DNA from: an uncultured Haloferula sp.
Lineage (GTDB): Bacteria; Verrucomicrobiota; Verrucomicrobiia; Verrucomicrobiales; Akkermansiaceae
Reading direction: 5' to 3'
Length of the DNA: 64,000 nucleotides
NCBI GenBank assembly: GCA_965652295.1
Contig: CBFGTS010000008.1
Location: 96,001-160,000, forward strand
The translations under genes were made by a program, and so were the position numbers. This document shows positions 9,025 to 19,018 of the stretch, piece after piece; position 1 is the stretch's first letter, and each line of letters starts with the position of its first letter. The notes below the pieces were generated by a model, which was given only the letters and a program-made list of their open reading frames with translations, had not been told where the DNA came from and did no database searches.

Positions 9025-9546
9025 ATGGCCGATTGGTATTTCGCCCGTGAGGGAAAGCAGCAGGGTCCGGTGGCGGAAGCTCGTCTTCTGGAAATGATCC
9101 GGAGTGGTGAAGTGGGTGGAGCGGACCTGGTGTGGAAGGATGGCATGAGCGGCTGGGAACCGGTTTCCAAGGTGCCGGCTTTGGCCGTTGCTTTGCTGGC
9201 GGTGCCCTCCGGTTCTTCGGTTCCTCCTCCTCGTCCGGCGGGAGCAACGCCTTACCTTCCCCCGTCGCGTTCGCCGCAGCCGGTGCAGGTGATGCCTGTG
9301 GGAGGGGAGAGGGTTCCGACCTATTTGTGGCAGGCGATTGTCGTCACCCTTGTGTGCTGCCTGCCCTTCGGCATCGTGGCAATCGTCTATGCCTCGCGAG
9401 TGAGCTCCCTGCTGTATCAGGGGGACTACATCGCCGCGAAGAAGGCGTCGGACCGAGCCAAGCTGTGGGTGAACATCTCCGTGCTCGCGGGCGTGGCGAT
9501 CGGCCTGTTGTCCTTTGTGGGAGGCTTGGCGAGCGAGAGCGCCTAG
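9025..9546 (+). CDS. GYF_2 domain plus CD225/dispanin protein
   Basis: WYF...QGPV...VWKDGMSGW; PTYLWQAIVVTLVCCLPFGIVAIVYASRV...AKKASDRAK. Confidence 0.87.
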   Translation: MADWYFAREGKQQGPVAEARLLEMIRSGEVGGADLVWKDGMSGWEPVSKVPALAVALLAVPSGSSVPPPRPAGATPYLPPSRSPQPVQVMPVGGERVPTYLWQAIVVTLVCCLPFGIVAIVYASRVSSLLYQGDYIAAKKASDRAKLWVNISVLAGVAIGLLSFVGGLASESA

Positions 9547-9557
9547 GCACCTGAGAG

Positions 9558-9974
9558 ATGAAAAAGAAGCGACTGGCGATCGTGGTGGCGGGGCTGGCGA
9601 TGACCGGCTTTGGTGCTTGGTGGCTGGCAACGTGGGGAGCGGCCGATTCACCAGCGATCTGCGGGTTGAACCGCTGGACGGGCTATCACTGCCCGGGCTG
9701 TGGGATGACTCGTGCGGCCGAGGCGTTTCTCCACGGGGACTGGTGGCAGGCATTCCGCTTCAATCCTCTGGGCATACTCGTGATGCCGCTGCTGGCGGCG
9801 ATGGCGCTGCCGGAAATCATCGGCTGGGTGAAGGACGAGCCGCCGAAGCGCTGGCTCCGGCTGAACCACCGTTGGGCGATCGCGCTGGCGGTGGCGGTGA
9901 TTGCTTTCGGCGTGCTGCGGAACCTGCCGTGGGTGCCGTTCAGCTACCTGGCACCGACGTCACTTGCCGAGTAG
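9558..9974 (+). CDS. DUF2752 membrane protein
   Basis: C....TGYHCPGCGMTRA...LHGD...AFRFNPL; FGVLRNLP. Confidence 0.87.
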   Translation: MKKKRLAIVVAGLAMTGFGAWWLATWGAADSPAICGLNRWTGYHCPGCGMTRAAEAFLHGDWWQAFRFNPLGILVMPLLAAMALPEIIGWVKDEPPKRWLRLNHRWAIALAVAVIAFGVLRNLPWVPFSYLAPTSLAE

Positions 9975-10544
9975 TTTCGCCACGTGCTTGGCGAGAACGT
10001 CGGCTTCCAGATTGACGCGGTTTCCGACCTGTCGGGCATGAAGGTTCGTCCGCTCGAAGGTGTGGGGGATGATCCAGAAAGTGGCGAGGTCGTCCTCGAT
10101 CGAGGCGATGGTGAGGGAAATGCCGTCGATGGCGAGCGAGCCCTTGTCGATGCAGTAGGGCACGAGGTCCTGTGGCAAACGGAGGGTCAACCGGTGGTCC
10201 TGGCCCGTGGGTTCGAGCGCGGTGATTTCCCCGGTGCCATCGACGTGGCCGAGCACGAAATGCCCGCCGAAGCGGTCGCCCATCCGTAGCGCGCGCTCAA
10301 GGTTCACGGTGGAGCCGGGGGTGAGATCGCCCAGCGAGGTGACGACCAGCGTTTGACGCAGGACATCGAAGGCGGCGGATTGGTGATCGCGGGCGACGGC
10401 GGTGAGGCAGACGCCGTTGACGGCGACGGACTCGCCCTCCGCGAGCTCGGACGCGAAGGGGATTTCGATCATCAGGCGCGCCTGTTCACCGCGCGGCTCG
10501 ATCGAGCGGACACGGCCGGTGCTTTCGACCAACCCGGTGAACAT
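9960..10544 (-). CDS. ribE: Riboflavin synthase alpha chain
   Basis: MFTGLVE start, VNGVCLT, GGHFVLGHVDG, VNLE motifs. Confidence 0.95.
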   Translation of the reverse strand: MFTGLVESTGRVRSIEPRGEQARLMIEIPFASELAEGESVAVNGVCLTAVARDHQSAAFDVLRQTLVVTSLGDLTPGSTVNLERALRMGDRFGGHFVLGHVDGTGEITALEPTGQDHRLTLRLPQDLVPYCIDKGSLAIDGISLTIASIEDDLATFWIIPHTFERTNLHARQVGNRVNLEADVLAKHVAKLLGK

Positions 10545-10547
10545 GGC

Positions 10548-12170
10548 TCAGTGGGTGACGTCCACGTCGGGCTGTGGGGTCTCGACCTGCGACTCAGGCG
10601 CGGTGAGTTCGAACATTTTATCGATGCCTGGATCCGGGAAGAGCATGAAGAAGGCACCGACGATGAGGGTGGGAACCAGCGCAGCTGCCGCCAGTTTGGC
10701 AGGGGAAATGCCATCGCCGAAGAAGCGGCTGAGCAGTGCCTGGCCAGCGGGGTTCGGGGCGTTGGCGATGACCGTGAGGCCGCCACCGGTGACCGCGCCG
10801 GCGAGGACGGCGTATTTCATGTGGGCCTCCAGGCCGGGCACCTGGCTGGCAAGGAAGGTGATGGCGGCGTTGTCGTTGAAGGAGGTGAGGACGGTGGAAC
10901 CGATGAAAAGCGGCCATTCGGCGAGGCTGCTGAGGATCGGAGCGAGCCACCAGCCTTGAAGGCCGCCGTGGATGACGAGGCCGGCGAGGAAGAAGCCGAC
11001 CAGCACGGGGCCGCGGAGATTCACCTCGTCCTGATAGTGGGCGGTGGCCAGGCGGAAGGCTAGGAAGAAGAGGAAGGCACCGACGAAGATCGAGGGATAG
11101 TGGGCGAAGTAGACCGTGGTGGCCATGAAGAACAGGTGGACGATGGTGACCCACAGGGGGATCGCGCGGTGCTTGCCTCCGAGGTCGCCTTTGCCATCGC
11201 CATCGTGGTCCGGAAGCTTGGCGGCCATTTCGGCCAGTTCCTTACGGAAGAAGAAGAAATAGAGCAGGGTGGATAGCAGGATGCCGAGCACGGCCTTGTC
11301 GCCGAAATGGGTGAGCATCTCGATGGTCGTCAGATCCCATTTCTCGGGAGAGGCGACCATGAGGACAGGCGGAGCGGCGAAGTTGGTGAGCACGCCGCCG
11401 ACGGAGATGTTCACGAAGAGCAGGCCGAGGGTGCCGTAGGCGAACTTCGGCGAGGGGCGGAGGCTGTAGAATTTCTTGGCAAGGAGCATCGCCGAGATGG
11501 TCATGGCACCAGGTTCCGTGATGAACGAGCCGAGCAGGGGGCCGATGATCAGGATGGAAAGCCACCAGGCGGTGGGGGTTTCCTTGCCGAGGCGGGCAAA
11601 GACGCGCATGCAGGTTTCCGCGAAGCGGAGGATCGGGCGGGTCGAAGCCAGAGCCATGATAACGACGACGAACATCGGCTCGGTGAAGTTGACCGAGGAC
11701 ATGTAGGACTCGACCGCGCCGACATCGTAGTAAAACAGCATCGCGGCCATCAGGACGATGACCCAGATGCCGAAGATGGCTTCGATTTCACCGAGGAAAT
11801 GGAGCAGCGTGGCTTTGAAGCTGACCATGTCCTCGGCGTAGGCGCTTTCCCCGGCGGCCTCTTTTTCCCGGCGGATCTGCGCGTCGTGGTCGTGCTGGAC
11901 CTTGTGGGCGAGCTTGGTGATGGGGACGGCGAAGAAGGTGTGGAGGATGGCGCAGATGAAGATGAGGGTGGCGACGACCAGGAATGGCTCCTCTGCGGCG
12001 CGGAACGAGATCCGGTCCGCGATTCCCGCTTTGCCGGCCGCCGCTTCGAGGGCCGGGAATTGCTCGATTTTCTCGACGAACGGGGGTGGTTCAGCGGGGT
12101 GGCCGGCTGCGGCGAGGGCCGGGGAGGCGCCCGAGATCAGCGACAGGATCAGGAAAAACAGATGCTTCAT
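10548..12170 (-). CDS. Putative Na+/H+ antiporter (DUF1504-type)
   Basis: Multi-TM; HFLGEIEAIFGIW, GSFITEPGAMT, NISVGGVLTNFAAPP, GGGLTVIANAPNPAG. Confidence 0.85.
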   Translation of the reverse strand: MKHLFFLILSLISGASPALAAAGHPAEPPPFVEKIEQFPALEAAAGKAGIADRISFRAAEEPFLVVATLIFICAILHTFFAVPITKLAHKVQHDHDAQIRREKEAAGESAYAEDMVSFKATLLHFLGEIEAIFGIWVIVLMAAMLFYYDVGAVESYMSSVNFTEPMFVVVIMALASTRPILRFAETCMRVFARLGKETPTAWWLSILIIGPLLGSFITEPGAMTISAMLLAKKFYSLRPSPKFAYGTLGLLFVNISVGGVLTNFAAPPVLMVASPEKWDLTTIEMLTHFGDKAVLGILLSTLLYFFFFRKELAEMAAKLPDHDGDGKGDLGGKHRAIPLWVTIVHLFFMATTVYFAHYPSIFVGAFLFFLAFRLATAHYQDEVNLRGPVLVGFFLAGLVIHGGLQGWWLAPILSSLAEWPLFIGSTVLTSFNDNAAITFLASQVPGLEAHMKYAVLAGAVTGGGLTVIANAPNPAGQALLSRFFGDGISPAKLAAAALVPTLIVGAFFMLFPDPGIDKMFELTAPESQVETPQPDVDVTH

Positions 12171-12276
12171 CGGGGTAGGAGCGGGAAGACGCGGGAAGTC
12201 TGCCGAGGCCCGCCCGGGGGGCAAGGCAAACCGGCCGCGGATTGCCAACTTCCCAAGGGCCGGTTATGGAGGCGGC

Positions 12277-13191
12277 ATGAAATGGCAGTGGCTCACCCCG
12301 GTGTTTGCTTTTGGGATCGCGGGTTGCGGAACGGATTCGGCGGAGACGGCCGCATCGGGCGCGGCTCCGAACCCGTTTTCGATCGATTCCATCCCGCCAT
12401 CGCTGCGGGGGAGCGGCACGCCGATCTCGCCGGACTCGGGCATTCCCCAGAGCCTCAAGGACGATGTGGGCGTGGTGCTGAACCAGGACGAAATCGTTTT
12501 CACCGATCCCGATGCGGAAGACCCCGACCAGATCGGCACCGAGCTGCGCGAGCTGCTGGAAGCTGCCCCGACGGAAGGGCCGTGGCGCAACAGCTACACG
12601 AACACCTTCAAGGAAGCCCGGCAAACCGGAAAGCCGGTGCTGATTTGGTTCACCGACTCGCAGAACAGTCCGAACTGCAAGATGCTGAGCCGCGAGCTGT
12701 TCTCCAAGCCGGAGTTCGAGGAATGGGCTCAGGAGACCTTCGTCCGGCTCCAGGTGGACCAGCGGATCCAAGGTAGCAAACTGGACAACGACGTGGCTTC
12801 CAAGACGAGCTTTATCCGCGACCTGAAGAAGCGCTACAAGGTGCTCGGCCAGCCGACGATGCTTGTGCTCACGCCCTCCGGCGAGGTGATCGGGCGCTAC
12901 CGCGGCTACAAGAAGGGCGAGGCGCAGTTCAAGTGGGGCCAGCTCCGCCAGGGAGCGATCGTGGCCACGGAGAAGCACGCCGAGTGGCGGGCCAAGATGG
13001 AAAAGAAAGGCTACCGGATGTGGTCCGATCCACGGGGACGCAGCATTTTCGCGAAGCTGGTGGCGTATCGGAAAGGCACGCTGCTGCTGGTCGAACCGGA
13101 TGGCACCCGCGCCCGCACCAAGGAGAGCCAGCTTTCTCAGAAGGATCAGGACTGGATCGCCCAGCAGAAACGGCTGCGCGGGATCGAGTGA
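12277..13191 (+). CDS. Thioredoxin-fold lipoprotein with C-terminal SHD1-like domain
   Basis: Lipobox-like IAGC; KPVLIWFTDSQNSPNC; WSDPRGRSIFAKLV...LSQKDQDWI. Confidence 0.8.
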   Translation: MKWQWLTPVFAFGIAGCGTDSAETAASGAAPNPFSIDSIPPSLRGSGTPISPDSGIPQSLKDDVGVVLNQDEIVFTDPDAEDPDQIGTELRELLEAAPTEGPWRNSYTNTFKEARQTGKPVLIWFTDSQNSPNCKMLSRELFSKPEFEEWAQETFVRLQVDQRIQGSKLDNDVASKTSFIRDLKKRYKVLGQPTMLVLTPSGEVIGRYRGYKKGEAQFKWGQLRQGAIVATEKHAEWRAKMEKKGYRMWSDPRGRSIFAKLVAYRKGTLLLVEPDGTRARTKESQLSQKDQDWIAQQKRLRGIE

Positions 13192-13195
13192 TGGC

Positions 13196-14482
13196 TCAAG
13201 TCCCGGCCGGCGTCTCCCCGGACGAGGGGCCTTGCTGATAGATGTGCACGTCGCGCTGCGGGAAGGGGATGGAAATGCCGGCCTTGTCGAACTCGACCTT
13301 CACGCGCTTGGTGACATCGGACAGGACCGTGAGGTAGTCGCTGGTCTTCGACCACGGCCAGCAGATGAAGTTCACGGACGAGTCGGCCAGCTCGCGGAGT
13401 TTGATGTTCGGCTCCGGGTCCTTGAGTACCAGCGGATGCTCGGTCACCACGCGGCGGATGATTTCCTCGGCGAGGTCCATGTCGTCGTCGTAGCCGATGC
13501 CGAAGGTCATATCGACGCGGCGGGTGTCCATGCCGGTGATGTTGGTGATGACCTGGCCCCAGACCTCCTTGTTGGGTACGATGACCTTGCGGTTGTCGAA
13601 GGTGAGGATCGTGGTGCTGACCAAGCTGACGCCGTCCACCTTGCCGAGCACCCCGGCGATTTCGACCGCGTCGCCGACATCGAAAGGGCGGTTGAACATC
13701 AGCATCATGCCGCTGGCGAGGTTGCCGAGACTGTCCTGGAGTGCAAAGCCGAGGATGAAGGCTCCGCCTCCGATCAAGGCGAGGGCGGCACCGACGTTCA
13801 CGCCGAGGGTCCCCACTGCGACGATGAGGCCGAGAATGAGGATCACCCGGCGGGTCCACGTCTGGATGAATTTCCGCAGCAGTCCCGAAACGTGCGAACC
13901 CTTCGCCAGGGCGCGCTCCGTCAGCTTGGCCACGATTTTCGCAAGGACCCAGAACACCACCATGATGCCCGTGAACTGGAGCACGGCGACGGCCCAGTGG
14001 AGGCCTCCATCCTCGGCGAGCAGCCATTGCCGGACGTTGCTAAAAAACGACCGGACATCCTTCGGGTCGGATTGGATACCTTCCACCGCGGCGGCGTAGG
14101 CCCGCTCTTTTCCCGAATCCCCGCCTTTGACCTCGAAGGCGTCGAGGACCACATCGAAGCGTTCGGAGAGCTGGTCTTTTTCCTCCTGTAGTTCGTCCAG
14201 GCGTCTCTGGATTTCCGCGCGACCGGCTTCCGGAGCCGTCCGCAGGGCGATCTTCTGGTCCGCCACTTCGGTGGCCTTCGCCTTCAGGAGTGCCTGCCAG
14301 CCATCGATTTCCGTGCGGATTTCATCCTGGGTGAGAGGATCCAGGCGAAGAGCCAGAACCTCGGGATCGACCGCGACGTCCACCGTCACGGCGGCGGCCG
14401 TTTCCTGCTGCGCGGAAGCCGGGCAGACGAGGACTGCAAAGGCGGCGAACAGCGGCGGCAGGAATCTCATGAGGTATGGCAT
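13196..14482 (-). CDS. Small-conductance mechanosensitive channel (MscS family)
   Basis: GFALQDSLGNLASG, RPFDVGD, VPNKEVW, GISIPFPQRDVH. Confidence 0.92.
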   Translation of the reverse strand: MPYLMRFLPPLFAAFAVLVCPASAQQETAAAVTVDVAVDPEVLALRLDPLTQDEIRTEIDGWQALLKAKATEVADQKIALRTAPEAGRAEIQRRLDELQEEKDQLSERFDVVLDAFEVKGGDSGKERAYAAAVEGIQSDPKDVRSFFSNVRQWLLAEDGGLHWAVAVLQFTGIMVVFWVLAKIVAKLTERALAKGSHVSGLLRKFIQTWTRRVILILGLIVAVGTLGVNVGAALALIGGGAFILGFALQDSLGNLASGMMLMFNRPFDVGDAVEIAGVLGKVDGVSLVSTTILTFDNRKVIVPNKEVWGQVITNITGMDTRRVDMTFGIGYDDDMDLAEEIIRRVVTEHPLVLKDPEPNIKLRELADSSVNFICWPWSKTSDYLTVLSDVTKRVKVEFDKAGISIPFPQRDVHIYQQGPSSGETPAGT

Positions 14483-14648
14483 GATAGGGCTACCGTGGGG
14501 AAGTAGCGGCTCACGTCAAGCAGGGGTGCCCCCCTGCGCGGTTTCCGATTTCTTTGGGTCGAAAAACTTCTTGCGCGGGTCCGGCGATTCTCCTACCAAC
14601 CGCGCACCCCGCTCCGGCGGGCCTGATCCGAATCTTTGAGGAGGAAAA

Positions 14649-14724
14649 GGGGCATTAGCTCAGTTGGTAGAGCACCTGCATGGCATGCAGGGGGTCAGCG
14701 GTTCGAATCCGCTATGCTCCACCA
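14649..14724 (+). tRNA. tRNA-Ala (GGC)
   Basis: 76-nt cloverleaf GGGGCATTAGCTCAGTTGGTAGAGC...CCTGC-ATGGCAT-GCAGG...GGTTCGAATCC...CCACCA. Confidence 0.97.
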
Positions 14725-14839
14725 CTCCGCGCTCGCGGAGTGTGGGGAGGAAAGTCGCCCTCCACGCCCGACGAACACTGTCAGCATCCATCCCGTGTGT
14801 TTCCGTAAGTTGGCAGATGACGAAGAATCGGGAATACTG

Positions 14840-16669
14840 ATGGAGATGCGTCGCGTGACGAACATTTCCGCTTACCATTTCGCCCCCCTGCGGGACCTGC
14901 GGGAGCTGCGTCAACACCTGTTGGATTTCTGCCGCGACCACGACCTCAAGGGCACGATTCTGCTGGCTCCGGAGGGCATCAATCTTTTCGTCGCGGGTCG
15001 GCATCTGGCGATCGAGGAGCTGGTGTACGAGCTCCGCACGATCCCGAGCCTCGAGCACCTCCTGCCGAAGTACAGCGAGAGCGACGAACAGCCGTTCAAC
15101 CGGATGCTCGTCCGGCTGAAAAAGGAGATCATCGCTTTCGGCGTCGACGGCGTGGACCCGGTCCGCGAACCGGCCCCGCGCATCAAGCCGGAGGAGCTCA
15201 AGGAGTGGCTGGATGCCGGAAAGCCGGTCGTCCTCTACGACACCCGCAACAACTACGAGATCAAGCTCGGCACCTTCAAGGGAGCCATCACCGCCGGGAT
15301 CGATCGCTTCCGGGATTTTCCCGACGCCGTGGGGAACCTGCCGGAGGAAATGAAGGACGCTCCCGTGGTGACGTTCTGCACCGGCGGAATCCGCTGCGAA
15401 AAGGCCGCGCCCTACATGCGGCAGGCGGGCTTCAAGGAGGTTTACCAGCTTGAGGGCGGGATCCTGAAGTACTTCGAAATGGTCGGAGCCGATCACTACG
15501 AGGGCGAGTGCTTCGTTTTCGACCAGCGTGTGGGTCTCGATCCCGCCCTGCGCGAGTCCGGCTCGGCCGTTTGTTTCGCCTGCCAGACGCCCCTCACTGC
15601 GGAGGAGATGGAGGATCCGCGTTACCTGGAGGGCGAGTCCTGCCCGCATTGCTACGTCAGCGATGAAGCCAAGCGGCAGGCGTCGATGGTCGCCCGTCAG
15701 ACAGCGCTCGATGCGGCCGCCGACCCGCTTCCTGGAAGCCTCCCGTACAACAACCTCAAGCCGATCCGCATTCCCGCCAGCCAAGCGGGGAAAACCTTGC
15801 TCGGTGCGCTGGACGGCCTCTTTCCTTACTTCGGACGTGAGCAGTGGCTCGGTCTCATTGAGGCAGGGCGGATTCTTTCCCCGGAGGAAACTCCGGCAGC
15901 CGCCGACCGCGTGGTGAAGGATGGGGAGCAGTACATCCGCTCGCTGCCCGGTACCATCGAGCCGCCGGTGAACGCGAAGATCACCCTCATCCACGAGGAT
16001 GAGGCCTTGTGGGCGGTGGACAAGCCGGCGCCCCTGCCGATGCATCCCTGCGGTCGCTTCAACCGCAACACGCTGGAGTATCTGATGCGCCAGGCATGGG
16101 CTCCGGAGGTTCCACGGCCGGCCCACCGGCTCGACGCCAACACCAGTGGTGTCGTGGTCGGCGCACGCACGCGGCATTTTGCGAAGCTGCTGCAGCCGCA
16201 GTTTGCCCGCGGAGAGGTGGAAAAGCGCTACCTGGCCCGGGTTCACGGTCATCCGGCGGAGGACCGGTTCGTGATCGAATCGCCGATTGCTGCCGAAGCC
16301 AGCGGTCTGGGCGCGCGGGAGATCGATGAAGACGGTCTGCATGCCCGCACGGATGTCCAGGTGCTGGAGCGCTTCGACGATGGCACCGCGCTGTTACTCA
16401 TCGAGCCCCGCACCGGCCGCACCAACCAAATCCGGATTCACCTCTGGGAAAAAGGTCACGCAGTCGTCGGTGATCCCGTGTATTTGCCCGAAGGAGGGCG
16501 CGGTGGGAAGCAGACGCTGGATCCGTCCGATCCACCGATGCAACTCCACGCCTGGTGGATCCGCCTGAAGCACCCGCTGACCGGCGAGAAAATGCGCTTC
16601 ACCGTCCCGGTCCCGAGTTGGGTGCCGAGGGAAGCGGTGTCGCCGGAGCTGGCGGACTGCGCCGATTGA
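14840..16669 (+). CDS. TrhO/YceA-type rhodanese (tRNA U34 hydroxylase) fused to RluA-family pseudouridine synthase
   Basis: LKGTILLAPEGIN, DTRNNYE, FCTGGIRCEKA, CFVFDQR; then DKPAPLPMHP, HRLDANTSG, TGRTNQIRIH, GDPVY, LHA. Confidence 0.9.
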   Translation: MEMRRVTNISAYHFAPLRDLRELRQHLLDFCRDHDLKGTILLAPEGINLFVAGRHLAIEELVYELRTIPSLEHLLPKYSESDEQPFNRMLVRLKKEIIAFGVDGVDPVREPAPRIKPEELKEWLDAGKPVVLYDTRNNYEIKLGTFKGAITAGIDRFRDFPDAVGNLPEEMKDAPVVTFCTGGIRCEKAAPYMRQAGFKEVYQLEGGILKYFEMVGADHYEGECFVFDQRVGLDPALRESGSAVCFACQTPLTAEEMEDPRYLEGESCPHCYVSDEAKRQASMVARQTALDAAADPLPGSLPYNNLKPIRIPASQAGKTLLGALDGLFPYFGREQWLGLIEAGRILSPEETPAAADRVVKDGEQYIRSLPGTIEPPVNAKITLIHEDEALWAVDKPAPLPMHPCGRFNRNTLEYLMRQAWAPEVPRPAHRLDANTSGVVVGARTRHFAKLLQPQFARGEVEKRYLARVHGHPAEDRFVIESPIAAEASGLGAREIDEDGLHARTDVQVLERFDDGTALLLIEPRTGRTNQIRIHLWEKGHAVVGDPVYLPEGGRGGKQTLDPSDPPMQLHAWWIRLKHPLTGEKMRFTVPVPSWVPREAVSPELADCAD

Positions 16670-16724
16670 AAGGAGAACGGCCTGTTCTGCCAGCTTGGCA
16701 AGGGACGGCGGAATCGGCCGGGTA

Positions 16725-17858
16725 TCAAGAGCCGCCGTACGTCAGTTGCGCCTTCAGCCCGAGGATCGAGTCCTTGCCGTGCCCTGCGGAAACGGAGATC
16801 CGCAACCTCGCCGTTTCCCGTGGGACGGTGGGGTAGCGGATCGGGGGGACGATAAAGCCTGCTTCCTCAAGAGCCGCGGAGGCGGCAAGGGCGGCTTCGT
16901 TCCCGCCGATGATCCGCGGGATGATCGGGGTGCGGGCACCCGGCGAGAGCAGGCGGATGTTCTCGCGCAGACGGCCCCGGAGTTCGAGACCTTCCTGGGA
17001 ACGGATCAGCTCGATCGATGCCTGCGCCGCGTGGGCCAGCGCGGGGGGCGGGGCGGTGGAGTAGATGAACGAGCGGGTACGGTTGACCAGAAGATCCCGC
17101 CAAGCCGCTGAACAGGCGAGGTAGGCACCGGCGAGACCGGCGGCTTTTCCGAGGGTGCCGAGATGGAAATCCACCCGATCCTGCACGCCCAGTTCCTCGG
17201 CGAGGCCCATGCCGGTTTTCCCGAGGACGCCGAGCCCATGGGCTTCGTCGAGCAGCAGCCGGGCACCGAATCGTTCCTTGAGGTCGAGGATTTCGCGCAG
17301 CGGGCAGAGATCGCCATCCATGGAGAAGACGGACTCGGTGACGATCAGGATGCTGCCCGTAGCATCCTTCGCCCGGATCGAGGAAAGGAGTCGCTCCAGC
17401 TTGGCGAGGTCGTTGTGGGGAAAGACGCGGAGGGTGGCCTCGGAGAGCCGGGCACCGTCGATGAGGCAGGCGTGGGCAAGCTTGTCGAGGATGACATGGT
17501 CGCCCTTGCCGACGAGCGCGGGGGTCACGCCGGTGGCGGCGGCGAAGCCGGAGGAAAAGGTGAGGGCCGCACCGGTGCCCTTCGCTGCCGCCAAGCAATC
17601 TTCCAAGAAGGTGTGAGGCGGCTGGGTGCCGGTGATCAGGCGCGAGGCGGCGGCGCCGTGGCCCCAGCGGTCGAGGCCTTCATGAAACGCGGCGCGAAGC
17701 GCGGGGTGTTCGGCGAGGCCGAGGTAGTCGTTGGAAGCGAAATTCCAGAGCTGCCGGCCGTTGCGCAGAACGCGGACGCCGGTGGGACCTCCGAGCGGGC
17801 GGAGGGTGCGGAGCAAGCCCGCCTGTCCGAGGTCGGCGAGGTGTTGCTCCGGGTGCAT
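16725..17858 (-). CDS. bioF: 8-amino-7-oxononanoate synthase
   Basis: NFASNDYLGL, HACLIDG, ESVFSMDGD, DEAHGLG, GTLGKA. Confidence 0.9.
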   Translation of the reverse strand: MHPEQHLADLGQAGLLRTLRPLGGPTGVRVLRNGRQLWNFASNDYLGLAEHPALRAAFHEGLDRWGHGAAASRLITGTQPPHTFLEDCLAAAKGTGAALTFSSGFAAATGVTPALVGKGDHVILDKLAHACLIDGARLSEATLRVFPHNDLAKLERLLSSIRAKDATGSILIVTESVFSMDGDLCPLREILDLKERFGARLLLDEAHGLGVLGKTGMGLAEELGVQDRVDFHLGTLGKAAGLAGAYLACSAAWRDLLVNRTRSFIYSTAPPPALAHAAQASIELIRSQEGLELRGRLRENIRLLSPGARTPIIPRIIGGNEAALAASAALEEAGFIVPPIRYPTVPRETARLRISVSAGHGKDSILGLKAQLTYGGS

Positions 17859-17900
17859 GCAAGGGTGAGAGGCTTGGCGGATGGAATCCGCCGCCACGAA

Positions 17901-18788
17901 TCAGAGGCGCGGCGATTCGAGAGCCCAGCGCAGGAGTCGCTCGGAGTCGTCCCAGATGTGCGAGGAGTTGCTTTTCAGTACGACGACGATGGCGGTGCGG
18001 CCGTTCAATTCGCCGGTGCAGACGAGGCAGCGCCCGGCGGCGTTGGTGGTGCCGGTTTTCATGCCGTTGCAGTAGGAGACCCGCTTGAGGACCTTGTTGG
18101 TGTTTTCCAGGAACTTGGTGCGGCCGCCGGCATATTGAAACTGGTAGCTCCGGGTGCCCACCCACGAGCGGATCGCGGCGCTGCGGTAGGCATGGCGGGC
18201 GGCAATGGCGATGTCCCGGGCGGTGGAATACTGGCCGGGGGCGGGAAGGCCGTTCGGGTTGACGAAGTTCGAATTCCGCATCCCGATCGACCGGGCCTTG
18301 CGGTTCATCATGGCGGCGAAACCTTCCTGGGAGCCGCCCATGTCACGGGCGAGTGCGCGGGCGACGTCGTTGCCGCTCTTGACCAGCAGGGCCTTGAGCA
18401 GGGCGGCGCGGGTGTAGGTTTCGCCGGGGCGGAGGTAGAGCTTGGTCGGCTCGCAGGAGGTGTCGTCGTGGGTGACGGTGACCGGGTCGTCCAGCGGGCC
18501 TTGATCGAGCGCGACGAGGGCGGTGACGATTTTCTGGGTCGATGCCACAGGCCGGACCGAGTCGGCGTTTTTGGCGTAAAGCACCTTGCCGGTGTGGGCG
18601 TCGATGACGATGGCGCTCTCGCCATAGACCTTCGGCGGCGCCACATTGGGGATGGCCGCGGCTTCCTCCGGCACCGGAGCGACGGGCCCGCGGGCGGGCG
18701 GGGGAGCAGGTTCACCGCCGCCGCAGGCGCTGAAAGCCAGCGAGGCGAGAAATGGGAGAATCAGTCGAAAGGATCGTTGCCTGAGCAT
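17901..18788 (-). CDS. D-alanyl-D-alanine carboxypeptidase family (peptidase S11) lipoprotein
   Basis: ASTQK (SxxK), SGN (SxN), KTG motifs; lipobox FSAC. Confidence 0.9.
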   Translation of the reverse strand: MLRQRSFRLILPFLASLAFSACGGGEPAPPPARGPVAPVPEEAAAIPNVAPPKVYGESAIVIDAHTGKVLYAKNADSVRPVASTQKIVTALVALDQGPLDDPVTVTHDDTSCEPTKLYLRPGETYTRAALLKALLVKSGNDVARALARDMGGSQEGFAAMMNRKARSIGMRNSNFVNPNGLPAPGQYSTARDIAIAARHAYRSAAIRSWVGTRSYQFQYAGGRTKFLENTNKVLKRVSYCNGMKTGTTNAAGRCLVCTGELNGRTAIVVVLKSNSSHIWDDSERLLRWALESPRL

Positions 18789-19018
18789 TGCGGCGGATCA
18801 AAACGCGGCCGGGCCGGACTGGAAAGGCGATAATCGGAGAACAGGCAGGCAGAATCCCGCTTCCGGAGCGGCCGGAGGGTTGGGGTCATAGCATGTAAAA
18901 TGCACAAAAATTTTGAATAAAGTTGCTGCTATGAAATCGAACGTTCGGCAAGACGCAACCGGTGGATGACGGATGCCCGGGAATGGGTTTCAGTACCACC
19001 CAACAACCCTTGTTTTTT

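Noticed and set aside
14649..14840. tRNA-Ala as an integration site for an island
   Set aside because: No integrase and no duplicated tRNA 3' end noticed in the window
18890..19018. AT-rich clpB upstream region as a CIRCE or other heat-shock operator
   Set aside because: No TTAGCACTC-N9-GAGTGCTAA match; no specific site can be supported
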